Source: Mobula hypostoma
Lineage: Eukaryota
NCBI RefSeq assembly: GCF_963921235.1
Contig: NC_086097.1
Span: 215,576,001 to 215,640,000, forward strand
DNA: 64,000 bases
Direction of reading: 5' to 3'
Positions 23,751 to 35,240 of the stretch are shown piece by piece. The notes beneath the pieces were generated by a model, which was not told the DNA's origin, made no database searches, and was given only the letters and a program-made list of their open reading frames with translations. Numbering within the stretch: position 1 is the stretch's first letter; each line of letters begins with the position of its first letter. The translations under genes and the position numbers were made by a program.

Positions 23751-25766
23751 CCTCTTCATTAAAACCTGTGTGGATGAGTGTGTGCCGACAAGGACTTTTT
23801 GTACATTTCCAAACTGAAAGCTGTGGATGAACCAGGAGGTATGTCGTTTGCTGAAGGCTAGATCTGTAGCATTCAAGTCTGGCAACCCAGGCCTGTACCA
23901 AAAAACCAGGTGTGATTTACGGAGGGCTATTTCAAGGGCAAAGAGACAATTTTGAATGAGGTTGGAGGCGATATCAGATGCACAACAACTCTGGCAGGGA
24001 CTGCAAGACATTACTTCCTACAAAGCGAAACCCGATAGTATGAATGGCAGCGATGTTTCACTACCAGATGAACTCAATGCCTTCTAAGCACACTTTGAAA
24101 GGGAGAACACAACTACAGCTGTGAAGATCCCTGCTGTAGCTGATGACCCTGTGATCTTTGTCTCAGAGTTCAGTTAGATTGTCCTTAAAGAGAGTGAACC
24201 CTCGCAAGGCAGAAGGTCCCGATGGAGTACCTGGTAAGGCTCTGAAAATCTGTACCAACCAACTAGTGGGTGTATTCAAGGACATTTTCAACCTCTCACT
24301 GCTACGGGCAGAAGTTCCCACTTGCTTCAAAAAGGCAACAATTATAACAATGCCTAAGAAGAATAATGTGGGCTTCCTTAATGACTATTGCCCGGTAGCA
24401 CTCAGATCGACAGTGATGAAATGCTTTGAGAGGCTGGTTATGACAAGACTGAACTCCTGCCTCAGCAAGGACCTGGACCCATTTCAATTTGCCCATTGTC
24501 ACAACAGGTCAACGGCAGACACAACCTCCATGGCTCTTCACACGGCTTTAGACCACCTAGAAAACACAAACTCCTACGTCAGGATGATGTTCATCGGCTG
24601 TATCTCAGCATTTAATACCTCATTCCCACAATCCTGATTGAGAAGTTGCAGAACCTGGGCCTCTGTACATCCCTCTGTAATTGGATCCTCGATCTCCTAA
24701 CCAGAAGACCACAGTCTATGCGGATTGGTGATAACATATCCTCTTCGCTGATGATCAACACTGGCGCACCTCAGGGGTGTGTGCTTAGCCCACTGCTCTA
24801 CTCTCTGTATACACATGACTGTGTGGCTAGGCATAGCTCAAATACCATCTACAAATTTGCTGACAATACAACCATTGTTGGTAGAATCTCAGGTGGTGAT
24901 AAGAGAGCGTACAGGAGTGAGATATGCCAACTAGTGGAATGGTGCCGCAGCAACAACCTGGCACTCAACGTCAGTAAGGTGAAAGAACTGATTTGTGGAC
25001 TTCAGGAAGGGTAAGACAAAAAAACACATACCAATCCTCACAGAGGGATCAGAAGAGGAGAGAGTGAGCAGCTTCAAGTTCCTGAGTGTCAAGATCTTTG
25101 AGGATCTAACCTGGTCCTAACATATTGATGTAGTCATAAAGAAGGCAAGATAGCAGCTATACTTTATTAGGAGTTTAAAATGATTTGGCATGTCAACAAA
25201 TACACTCAAAAACTTCTATAGTTGTACCGTGGAGAGCATTCTGACAGGCTGCATCACTGTCTGGTATGGAGGGGCTACTGCACAGGACTGAAAGAAACTG
25301 AAGAAGGTTGTAAATCTAGTCAGCTCCATCTTGAGCACAAGCCAACAAGCCAGGACATCTTTAGGGAGTGGTGTCTCAGAAATGAAGCGTTCATTATTAA
25401 AGACCTCCAGCACCCAAGGCATGCCCTTTTCTCACTGTTACCATCAGGTAGGAGATACAGAAGCCTGAAGACACACACTCAGCGATTCAGGAACAGCTTC
25501 TTCCTCTCTGCCATCCGATTCCTAAATGGACTTTGAAGCTTTGGACACTACCTCACTTTTTTTAATATACAGTATTTCTGTTTTTGCACATTTTTAATAA
25601 TCTATTCAGTATACATAATTGATTTACTTGTTTATTTTATTTATTATTATTTCTCTCTCTCTCTCTCTCTCTCTCTGCTAGATTATGTATTGCATTGAAC
25701 TGCTGCTGCTAAGTTAACAAATTTCACGTCACGTGCCGATGATAAAAAACTTGATTCTGATTCTGA
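23751..25766 (+). mobile_element. Rex1/Babar-type LINE nested in CR1
   Basis: [43 protein letters not shown] and FSLLPSGRRY peptides, (TC)n and (GATTCT)n tail. Confidence 0.92.
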
Positions 25767-26499
25767 TCTATATGCTCAAGTTTTTCAATCTGCTGTAAGT
25801 CATCCCTACAATCGCCAAGATCCTTTTCCATAGTGAATACTGAAGCAAAGTACTCATTAAGTACCTCTGCTATCTCCTCCGGTTCCATATACACTTTACT
25901 GCTGTCACACTTGTTTGGTCCTATTCTCTCACATTTTATCTTCTTGCTCTCCACATACTGGTAGAATGCCTTGGGGTTTCCTTAATCCTGTCCGCCAAGG
26001 CCTTCCTATGGCCCCTTATGGCTCTCTACCTCATTCCATATACTGTGTGCATTCACCTTCAGTCCTGTATTCATCATCCTTTTCGATTTTGCCCCCATGT
26101 TACACTTCAACTCATCCCATTGACTGTAATTTTTCCCTATCGGTTCCTCACAGACTCTCTACACATTGCATCTGCTTGTACATGCAGTGGAGCTCCAGTT
26201 CTGAATCCTCTGCCAAGCTAGTTTAAACCCTCTCCAACAGTTCTAGCAAACCTGCCCCCCCCCCCAACAATATTGGTCCCCCTTGGGTTCAGGTGTAACC
26301 CATCCGGTCCATTTTGTACAGGTCACACCTTCCCCAGAAGAGATCCCAATGACCCACAAATCTGAAACTCTGTACCCTGCACCAATTCCTCAACCACACA
26401 TTTATCTGTCAAAACATCTTATCCTTCCTCTGTGCGTGAGGCACAGAGATTACTACCCCGGGGGTCCTGCTTTTCGCCTTTCTACCTAACTCCCTATAT

Positions 26500-26904
26500 T
26501 CAATCACGATAACAGTCTATGCCTCACTGTCAGCAAAGCAAGAGAGATGACTGTTGACTTCAGGAGAAGGGGAGGGTGGTGCTGTACATGCTCCTGTTTA
26601 CATCAGGCTGCTGAGATTGAGAGCGCTCAAAGCTTTAACCCCAGGAATGACCTTCACCAATAACTTAACCTGTTCAACCACAAGGATGCTAAAGCCAAGA
26701 AAGTGCCCCAGTTTTCATCACAGAAAGCATCCACTCTGGATGCCTCACAGTTTGGTATGGTAACTAAGATCACAAGAAACTGCAGCATTCCTACCACATA
26801 ACAGAAACCAGACTTCCCTCTATAGACTTTGTCTACACTTCTTGCTGCCTTGGTGAAGCAGTCATCGTAACCAGGGACCCCACCCAATCTCTTCTCCCCG
26901 CTGC
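26500..26904 (+). mobile_element. Old Rex-type LINE remnant that continues at 49302-48995 on the minus strand
   Basis: Ends TTCTCCCCGCTGC. The reverse complement from 49300 continues CATTGGGAAGAA, restoring the FSPLP.GR motif. Confidence 0.6.
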
Positions 26905-27176
26905 TGATCGAGATGGTGTCAGCGAACAACGATTCCTTGGGCAATATCTTCTAGGCAGCAAATCTCTCCAATTATTTCACCTTTCCTGCACCTTTGGCTT
27001 GTTCTTTTTGTTTTGTTTGTGTTATGGAAACTGTTGGAGCTCGATCGAAGGATCCAGCTCTATGCTGTGTCCAGAGAGCTGCCCGGTGGAGATTAGAGAT
27101 GGTGGTGGTGGGGGGGGGTGGGGAGCTAAAAGGACCGAGAACACAAGCTAGCTCCTGGAAAAGATCAGAGATGAGG
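26905..27176 (+). mobile_element. 5' part of a non-autonomous retroposon split by the inversion
   Basis: Starts (TGATCG)AGATGGTGTCAGCG exactly where the host Rex remnant is interrupted. Its tailed 3' part lies at 49303-49988 (-). Confidence 0.55.
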
Positions 27177-27831
27177 CGGTGACCCCTGTTTCCATCCGGG
27201 GGTCAGTGTGGACATGGTGGGGGATTACAAATACCTGGAGATACGAATTGACAATAAACTGGACTGGTCAAAGAACACTGAGGCTATCTACAAGAAGGGT
27301 CAGAGCTGTCTCTATTTCCTGAGGAGACTGAGGTCCTTTAACATCTGCCGGACGATGCTGAGGATGTTCTACGAGTCTGTGGTGGCCAGTGCGATCATGT
27401 TTGCTGTTGTGTGCTGGGGCAGCAGGCTGAGGTTAGCAGACATCCTGGGGATGGAACTGGACTCCCTGACGGTGGTGTCCGAAAAGAGTATGCTGTCCAA
27501 GTTGCATGCCATCTTGGTCAATGTCTCCCATCCACTCCATAATGGACTGGTTGGGCACAGGAGTACATTCAGCCAGAGACTCATTCCACCGAGATGCAAC
27601 ACAGAGTGTCATAGGAAGTCATTCCCGCCTGTGGCTATCAAACTTCAGAACTCCTCCCTTGGAGGGTCAGACACCCTCAGCCAATAGGCTGGTCCTAGAC
27701 TTATTTCCTGGCATAATTTACATATTACTATTAATTATTTATGGTTTTATTACTATTTAATTATTTATGGTGCAACTGTAACAAAAACCAGTTTCCCCCG
27801 GGATCAATAAAGTATGACTATGACTATGACC
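27177..27831 (+). mobile_element. Rex-type LINE 3' part (left inversion breakpoint)
   Basis: ORF 27208 gives DYKYL...KGQSCLYFLRRLRSF. AATAAA plus (TATGAC)n tail. Begins abruptly at CGGTGACC. Confidence 0.9.
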
Positions 27832-29194
27832 ATATGTCACTTCTCCACATAGAAGTTCAATCTTGTTTCCCAATCTCTTGTCGACTTTGAGCAAAAGTTC
27901 AACCACTGGGTCAAAAAGATCAAAGAAACATTTGAAGCAACAGTCACTTGACAGCCAATGGACTTCAGTGTGAAGTGTTCAAACTCTTCATCATTACCTT
28001 GGCATAACTGACAAAATATTCTGCTATTTATTAGATGAGCTTTAATTTTGTTGATAGCAGGTATTACAAGAGTCATGCTTGAAAAAAGTCACTGGCTGAT
28101 GATGAATTATACAATGGATTGCAAACAGACTTGGAATTTCTTTTTTCATAAATGCCACTAAACCAGCATGGTTACCTGTCATATATCTTCATCTACTTCA
28201 TCTGTTGCACAAGAAATCATGCTCCTAACCAGAATGCTTTTATGCTCAATATATATTTTGAGCTCATCATAGATTGATTCTCCATTGATATTTGTTTTTA
28301 ACTTTTTACAAAAGAGAATCTCTTCTTAAACTTTTCCATTTTTGATAGATCATACATATGCCATTAGCAATGCCTCATTGTCTTGCACAGTTGACTCATC
28401 CAGTTGTATCACAAATTCTGTTTTTTGTAGCTCTGTGCATAGTTGATACACAATGTCTTCACTCATTTCATCAATACGACATACTACAGAGTTATTAGTC
28501 AGAGATATTGGCTAATACTGGTATCCATTTTGAGAACAGTAGTGAGCACTTCTGGCACAGCAGGCATTATTAATCTTTCACCAATTGTATGAGATTTTCC
28601 ACACTTAGCTATCATTTTGAAAATGTTATAAGAAACAATGAAACCGCTATCAAGGCCATTTTTAGCTTTCTTGGCAAATGACGTGGGTGCAACATTTTTC
28701 AAATGTTTCTTTCATCCCCTGGATCTGATTAGTACCGTACATAGCCTTTTCGGGGTTTCTTTTACAGAAGTGTTTCTGCAATCTTGATGGTTTCATGGCT
28801 TCTTTAGACAGTACAGTATTACAAATAGGACACATGGGGTGTCACTGATCTGACAGAAATGGAATAAAACCATGCTCCAGATATGTAACATTGTATTGAC
28901 GCACTTTCTGTTGTTTCTGTTTCTTAGCAGGATTAGAATTCAAGGCTTCACCACCCTCAGACTCATAGAGATAAAATAAACAGTTAACACAAACTGAGAA
29001 TTTCTATAGGTTGCTGATGACAGCAGCCAGTTGACACGGTTGGTCTGGTCTTGTGCCTCAAGCTAGGGGCAGTTTACCGTACCTCCCCCCAAGAATCTTG
29101 AACGCCCCACCCCAACGATTTCTGTTTCTAATGCCTCCTTAGGTCTCATAACTGTCCCACTGGGAGGTGGTACTGCCTCAGCTGGGGATCACTG
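27832..29194 (-). mobile_element. Buster/Charlie-type hAT DNA transposon, 5' half (transposase pseudogene)
   Basis: TIR CAGTGATCCCCAGC starts at 29194. Peptides RQYNVTYLEHGF...PMCPICNTVLSKEAMKPSRLQKH, IAKCGKSHTIGERLIMPA, IQLDESTV and HTEVHWLS, with stops and frameshifts. Confidence 0.9.
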
Positions 29195-29554
29195 AGGTAA
29201 AGTAATACAGTAGAAATAAATCATTTTCTGAGCTGTAATTTTGCTTTCTAAATAGTCAATTACTTACAAGTTTCTTGCAGTAGATAAAGAAGCAACTTTA
29301 TTTAGGAGATGGCCTGATCATCAAAGAATTAGTTGGTACTGTTGGTCCGCAGGTAGCATCTTATGAAAATTTCTTGTGCTCATATGGTCACTGGGTTTGT
29401 CTGAAATTTGTGTTGGAACCTCTAAAATAATGTAGTCCTATATCATCATTGCCTGTGATATTCAATGCTTGCATAGTGTAAAGGGGAAGGCAGAATGGGA
29501 TTTGTTTAGAGATTTGGGTGTTACTTGTGCTCTTGAAAGGCAGTCAACTCAAAG

Positions 29555-29718
29555 CAGAGTTTCTCAACCTGGGGTCAATGGACTCCTTGCTTAATGGCAT
29601 TGGTTCAGCTCAGTTCAGTTGTACCATTTTTTAATACATGCATTTCTAAATGACAATAAACGAAAACTGAACTGAACTGAACTGATTGGTCCATGACATA
29701 AAAAGGTTGGGAGCCCTA
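29555..29718. mobile_element. Short hAT-like MITE with an 81-bp insert
   Basis: CAGAGTTTCTCAACC ... GGTTGGGAGCCCTA termini; similar to 33221-33298. Insert 29605-29685 is flanked by TTGGT. Confidence 0.7.
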
Positions 29719-30519
29719 TTTTAATGGAAATGTAACTGTAGCTACAGACCACGGAATTTTAAAAAAGTTATCATTTACAGAATGCAGCAGAGAATCTGAA
29801 CGTCCTCTATTGGAAGCAATGGTCTAAAGCTAGACTCGAAAAGGAATCCTGGTCTCCTCAGGACATGGAAAATGTTGCAATATCTATTTGCACCATCAAT
29901 GACAATGTGCTAAGGTGAGACTACATTAGAGATCTGGCCTTCAATCACTGGGAAATTGTGCAGGACATCTTGGCTGTAGACTATTCCAGATAGTTAGAAA
30001 TGAGGGATCGACCTAATTATGTGGAAAATTGCACAGGTGTGACCAATTGACATTAAACTAATCTAATAATTATCCTGTAACCCTGTTCTCAATAATCAGT
30101 AACAAAAAGTATTATGAACAGCACTACTGATTCATAACTTGTTGCTTGTTGCAGTTTGGGTTCTACCAGGATCTTTCATTTCCAGATCACATTACCACCT
30201 TGACCCATGCACGAACAGGAGAGCTGAATTCCAGTAGAGGAGTAGAGGTACTGAATAACATAAAGTGTGGCAGCTCCAAACCTTTGTCAGGTTGAAATCA
30301 ATAGGGATCAGATGAAATCTCTATTGGATTGTGAACAATGTTTCAGTCATAGGATGTGGCTGAGTGCCTTAATTATCCTCCCATCTGCCGACAAAAGGTA
30401 GAGGTGGAAACATTTGCTAATTTCATTATTCAATGCATCAAAAAATAAAGCAGGTCATGCAGTTGTGTAGCAACATTCAGGCTTGTGCAAGTAACACCTG
30501 GATTACCTCAAATTGTTCA

Positions 30520-30845
30520 GAAGCTGCACAGGTTGAGACTTTTTTCACTGGTGCATTGAAGAATGAAGGGTCATCTTATGGAGTAGTATAAAATGATGAA
30601 GGGTATAGATAGGGTTGGAGAATTGAGAGGTGAACCTGAGGAGCAGCCATTTTTTTTTACCCAGTGAGCACCAGTACATGGAAAGAACTGTCAATGGAAG
30701 CAGTTTAGGCAGGTACGTTGACATTTAAAAGGTACTTAGGTAAAGTTGAGAGGGATATGGGAAAATAAGACTAACTGAGATGGAATTTTGGTCAGCATTG
30801 ATCAGTTGGGCTGAAGGGCCTGTTTCTGAGCTGTTTGACTCTGAA
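30520..30845 (+). mobile_element. Old CR1 3' fragment
   Basis: Degenerate YKMMKGIDR region and GGGCTGAAGGGCCTGTTTCTG 3' UTR motif. Confidence 0.7.
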
Positions 30846-31094
30846 TCACAATGACGATAAACAAGTCAAACAGAGAGAATGCACTAAGCTTCCTATTAAC
30901 ATTCAAAGGCCTGTCATTCTCAGTAGCTGAGGAGTAGCACTTGGTCAAAATGTACCTGAAGTGCTATGATGACACAAGACTGGATATTTTGCAGCAATGA
31001 GTTATTTCCTGAAATCCCTGCAACCTCTACTTTCCTTCCTGTAAATCTGTTCTAATGCCTACAAGGCCCAACTTAGAGAGTGATGGAATACTTA

Positions 31095-31955
31095 GGAGGG
31101 CTTAGACAGACTAGGAGAATGGGTAAAAGAGTGGCAAATGAAATACAATGTTGGAAAATTCACGGCCGTGCACTTTAGTAGTAGAAATAAATGTGCAGGC
31201 TATTTCCTAAATGGGGAGAAAATCCAAAATTCTGAGATGCAAAGGGTATTGAGAGTCTTTGTGTAAAGGCCAGCTTACAGATAGAGTCAGTGGTGAGGAA
31301 GGCAAATACAATGTTAGCATTCATTTCAAGAGGTCTAGAATACAAAAGCAGGGATGTAATGCTGAGGCTTTGAAGGGCATTGAGCGGGCCTCACCTTGAG
31401 TATTGTGAACAGTTTTGGGCTCCTTATCTAGGAAAAGATGTGCTGGTATTGAAGAGGGTTCAGAAGAGGTTCACAAGGATGATTCCAGGAATGAAAGGGT
31501 TATCATACAAGGAACATTTGATAGCTCTGGGTCCGTACTCACTGGAATTCAGAAGGATGATGGGGGGAGCTCAGTGAAACCTTTAGAATGTTGAAAGGCC
31601 TCGACAGGGTAGATGTGGATAGGATGTTTCCCATGGTGGGAGAGTCTAGGACAAGGGGGCAGTTCTTCAGGTTAGAGGGACATCCATTTAAAACAGCGAT
31701 GTGGAGAAATTTCTTCAGCCAGTGGGTGGTGAATTTGTGGAATTTATTACCACAGGCAGCTGTGGAGGCCATGTTGCTGGCTGTTTTTAAGGCAGAGCTT
31801 GATATATTCTTGATTGGACACGGCAAGAAAGTTTACGGGGAGAAGTCCGGGGAGTGGGTCTGAGGAGGGAAAAAAGGATCAGCCATGACTGAATGGCAGA
31901 ACCGTCTGGATGGGCCAAATGGCCTAATTCTGCTCCTATGTCTTATGGTCTTATT
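31095..31955 (+). mobile_element. CR1 3' portion
   Basis: PHLEYCEQFWAP and FFSQWVVNLWNLLP peptides, with (TCTTATGG) tail. Confidence 0.9.
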
Positions 31956-32239
31956 GTTGAATGCTCTTATACTTTGCTTCTGATATGCCCTTGAAATTAT
32001 GGGGACCTTGACAATACCGGAAATTACCATGGCTGTGTCTTCACTATCAATAGTTCTCATCTTCAGTGAGAGGCCAGGCTGGATTATGCACATAAATAAT
32101 GTGACTATAGGAAATGATTTCTTGTGACTGTGATCCAACTCCTGACTCCTCAAGATCATTCCACCATCTAAAAGACAAAAATCAGTAGTGTGTTTGAATA
32201 TCGTACACTTGCCTGCACAAGTGTAGCTCCAACACCTTT

Positions 32240-32835
32240 TATCATTAAGGACCCCTGTCACCCAGGACATGCCCTCTTCTCATTGTTACCATCAGGAAGG
32301 AGGTACAGAAGCCTGAAAGGATACACTCAGTGATTCTGGAGCAACCTCTTCCCCACTGCCATCCAATTCCTAAGTGGATATTGAACCCATGAGTACGACC
32401 TCACTTTTATTATTTCTGTTTTTGCATTATTTTTTATTTAACTATTTGATATGTATATACTTACTGTAATTGATTTACTTATTTAGTTTTTTTCAACCTG
32501 GCTGGTGGCGTAGTGGCATCAGTGCAGGACTTCAGGACGAAAGGTCCCGAGTTCGAATCCAGCCGGCTCCCCTGCACGCTTTCCATCCATGCTGGGTTAC
32601 GAGCTGGTGATCTCTTTGGAAACTCACCCGGCAGAAGGCAATGGCAAACCATTGCTGTAACTTGCCTTGTACGCGGTTCCCCACTACGTCAGAGAGGCAT
32701 GGAGGGAAATCGTCCGCTAACCGGAGAAACTCCAGATGCGACATACCTTTCCTTTATCATATATTGCATTGTACTGCTGTCACTCAGATAATATATTCCA
32801 CAACATATGCCGGTGATACTAAACCTGATTCTGAG
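32240..32835 (+). mobile_element. Rex-type LINE 3' end split by a SINE
   Basis: CATGCCCTCTTCTCATTGTTACCATCAGGAAGGAGGTACAG. The 3' UTR resumes after ~32755 and ends TAAACCTGATTCTGA. Confidence 0.75.
32495..32755 (+). mobile_element. tRNA-derived SINE
   Basis: A box TGGCGTAGTGG, B box GAGTTCGAATCC, internal GAAGGCAATGGCAAACC and (CCTTT) tail. Confidence 0.82.
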
Positions 32836-33220
32836 AAGTCTGCCACTATGCTCAACAAAGTAGCTGGTTTGATTACATTCCACTCACCTCTGAACATTCA
32901 CCATCTCCAGATCTAACGCAGTCTGACTCTAGTATGTACTGTCTACAAAGTGTACTGTGATTATTTGCATAGGCTACTCCAGCTTCACCTATCAAACCAG
33001 CATCCCCAGCCACCCGGACAGACAATGACTGTAAATGCATGGGAGAACCATCACTGTATTTCACCTTCATTGTCACTGATTGTCAATCTGAAGCTCCCTA
33101 CTCAATAGCATTGTGAGAGTACTTTGAATAGAAGGATTACAGCATCTGAAGAAGTCAGCTCACCACCACCAGAAGCGACTAATTATAGACAATTAATATC
33201 AGCTTCAACATACCATGAAT

Positions 33221-33298
33221 CAGGGGTTCCCAATCTGGATTATGGACCCCTCAGTTAATGGTAGTGGTCCATGGCATAAAGAAGGTTGGGAGCCTCTG
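33221..33298. mobile_element. 78-bp hAT-like MITE
   Basis: CAGGGGTTCCCAAT ... GTTGGGAGCCTCTG imperfect TIRs; same internal sequence as 29555-29718. Confidence 0.7.
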
Positions 33299-34192
33299 TC
33301 CCAAATGAATATTGTTTAAAAAAAGAAATGAATGCCAGGCCAGGAGTGGATGCAATGTCCATAAAGGCCTCCAACATGTGTTTAGCACATGTAACCGGGC
33401 ACAAATTTCCTCTGCCAGAAGTTTCAGTCTGTTTCACAATGTTTCGTGCAGGAGCGCCAATGGTTTAATCAGTGCAAAATCAAGGCTGCTGGAGTAGGAG
33501 CACTCGAGCAAAAGTACAAAAGTACTGAAGTCTTCCAGCATATCCTAATTAGTTACATATCCCAACAGATTTATAAAAGCTATATTTAGAATCCTTAATG
33601 ATTGTGGGGGGTGGTGGGGTGGTTTATGCTTTAGACAAATGAGGTTAATTAATAAGGGTCTAACATTCACATTACTGTCAGTATAGTTTATTATATTTAC
33701 ATTAGAGTTGGCTTCATTACAATCCTTCACTGCTGGCTTGCATGGATTTCATTGCAATGGATTTCTTTTTCCAATTATTTAACTATTGAATTGCTCGGTA
33801 AACCACCAGTTACATCAATAAAATATTCTCCCCAAGCCCAAAGGCTACATGGACAAAGACATATCATGGAGGATCTTGGAGTGCAATTAATTTTGTTTTA
33901 TAAGATAAAAAGTGATGGAAGTACACAGCAAGCCAGCCAGCATTTGGAAGAGAGAAAGAAAGTTAATATTTGATGCTAATGACCTCATATTTACAGTAAG
34001 CATTGATCTGAGCCATGACCCTATCTATGTGGTCAAGGTGGCACTGAGCAGCGGTCTCGGTCGAGATCGTGGCCCAGACTTAGCGGTTGTTTAGGTTTGT
34101 AGTGATGGTTTTGGGGACAGAGAGTGGAGTTAAGGGTAAGGTTAGGGTTTAGGCACAGGGATGTAAGAGAGTTGGAAGTCAGATTAGGGCTT

Positions 34193-34424
34193 AGGATAGG
34201 AATGTGGAGGAGTTAGAGGTTAGGATAGGAATGTGGAGGAGTTAGAGGTAAGGATAGGAATGTGGAGGAGTTAGAGGTTAGGATAGGAATGTGGAGGAGT
34301 TAGAGGTAAGGATAGGAATGTGGAGGAGTTAGAGGTTAGGATAGGAATGTGGAGGAGTTAGAGGTAAGGATAGGAATGTGGAGGAGTTAGAGGTAAGGAT
34401 AGGAATGTGAAGGAGTTAGAGGTT
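34193..34424. repeat. Minisatellite, 8 x 29 bp
   Basis: Unit AGGATAGGAATGTGGAGGAGTTAGAGGT(T/A); copies nearly identical, no spacers. Confidence 0.97.
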
Positions 34425-34492
34425 AGGCCTCTGCTCCGCGCTCCATGCCCTACATTTGACATTCAGGGATGAGGAAGGGTGACATCCACATT

Positions 34493-34668
34493 CACATTCG
34501 AAGTGATGAAGGACATCCGGAGTCTGGGCCTCCGTTTTGTGATCAAAGAGATGAGGGACATTTGGAGTTAAGGCCTGAGTTCCACATTCGAAGTGATGAA
34601 AGACATTTGGAGTTTAGGCCTCCATTCCGCGTTCATAGTGATAAAGGACATCCGGAGTCTAGGCCTCC
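34493..34668. repeat. Degenerate minisatellite, ~4 x 45 bp
   Basis: GGACATCCGGAGTCT recurs at 34511 and 34646 (135 bp = 3 x 45). ORF 34469..34711 shows 15-aa periodicity. Confidence 0.85.
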
Positions 34669-35004
34669 AATGATACCAAAGATAAAAGCCCAAAGGTTGA
34701 TCAGAATTTGAAGCCCAATGGCTGAAGCCTAGAGACTGGAGACTGGAGGCCCAAAGGACTCATCTGGAGTTGGAGGACTGTTCAAGTTTATTGTCATTCA
34801 ACTGTACTCATGTATACCACCAAATGAAACAATGTTCCTTCACACCAAGGTGCACAACTCAGTACATATAACTCACACACAACACATGAGGTAATATTAC
34901 CATACGTAAAGTAACAAATAATAACATATATTCCATATATGACATGTAGCATAAGGTGCACTTATACACAAGTTAATAAGTAAACAATATGCGCTACTCA
35001 TAAA

Positions 35005-35240
35005 CATGAGAAAGTCTGCAGATGCTGGAAATCTGGAGCAACACACACAAAATGCTGGAGGAACTCTGCAGGTCAGTCATTATCTATGGGAATTAACAAC
35101 CAGTTAACATTTTGGGCTGACACCCTTCTTCAGGGCTGAGAAGGAAGAGGGAAAATGCCAGAATAAAAAGGTGGGTGGTGGGGAAGGGGAAGAAGGCTGG
35201 CTGGAAGGTGATATGTGAAGCCAAGGGCTGGAGAGAAGGG
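35005..35240 (-). mobile_element. Penelope-like pLTR fragment
   Basis: TCTGCAGATGCTGGAAATC...CACACAAAATGCTGGAGGAACTC, with a decayed hammerhead near 35102-35138. Confidence 0.8.

Larger units (their letters stand above)
21866..26495 (-). mobile_element. Internally deleted CR1 interrupted by a solo LTR and a Rex-type LINE
   Basis: Tail at ~21866-21885, RT peptides 22243-23250, DKSPGPD at 23600-23750, LNEYFASVFT at 25767-26030 and an ORF1-end-like sequence at 26200-26490. Confidence 0.85.

Noticed and set aside
27837..28965. Domesticated ZBED5/SCAND3-like host gene
   Set aside because: Multiple stops and frameshifts, TIRs and TSD still present, and split by a LINE and an inversion.
32500..32575. 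Functional tRNA gene (also 2395-2470)
   Set aside because: A/B boxes run into SINE bodies and tails; no convincing complete cloverleaf or terminator.
34193..34424. 29-bp direct repeats as a CRISPR array
   Set aside because: Units are head-to-tail with no spacers, there are no cas genes, and the context is eukaryotic.
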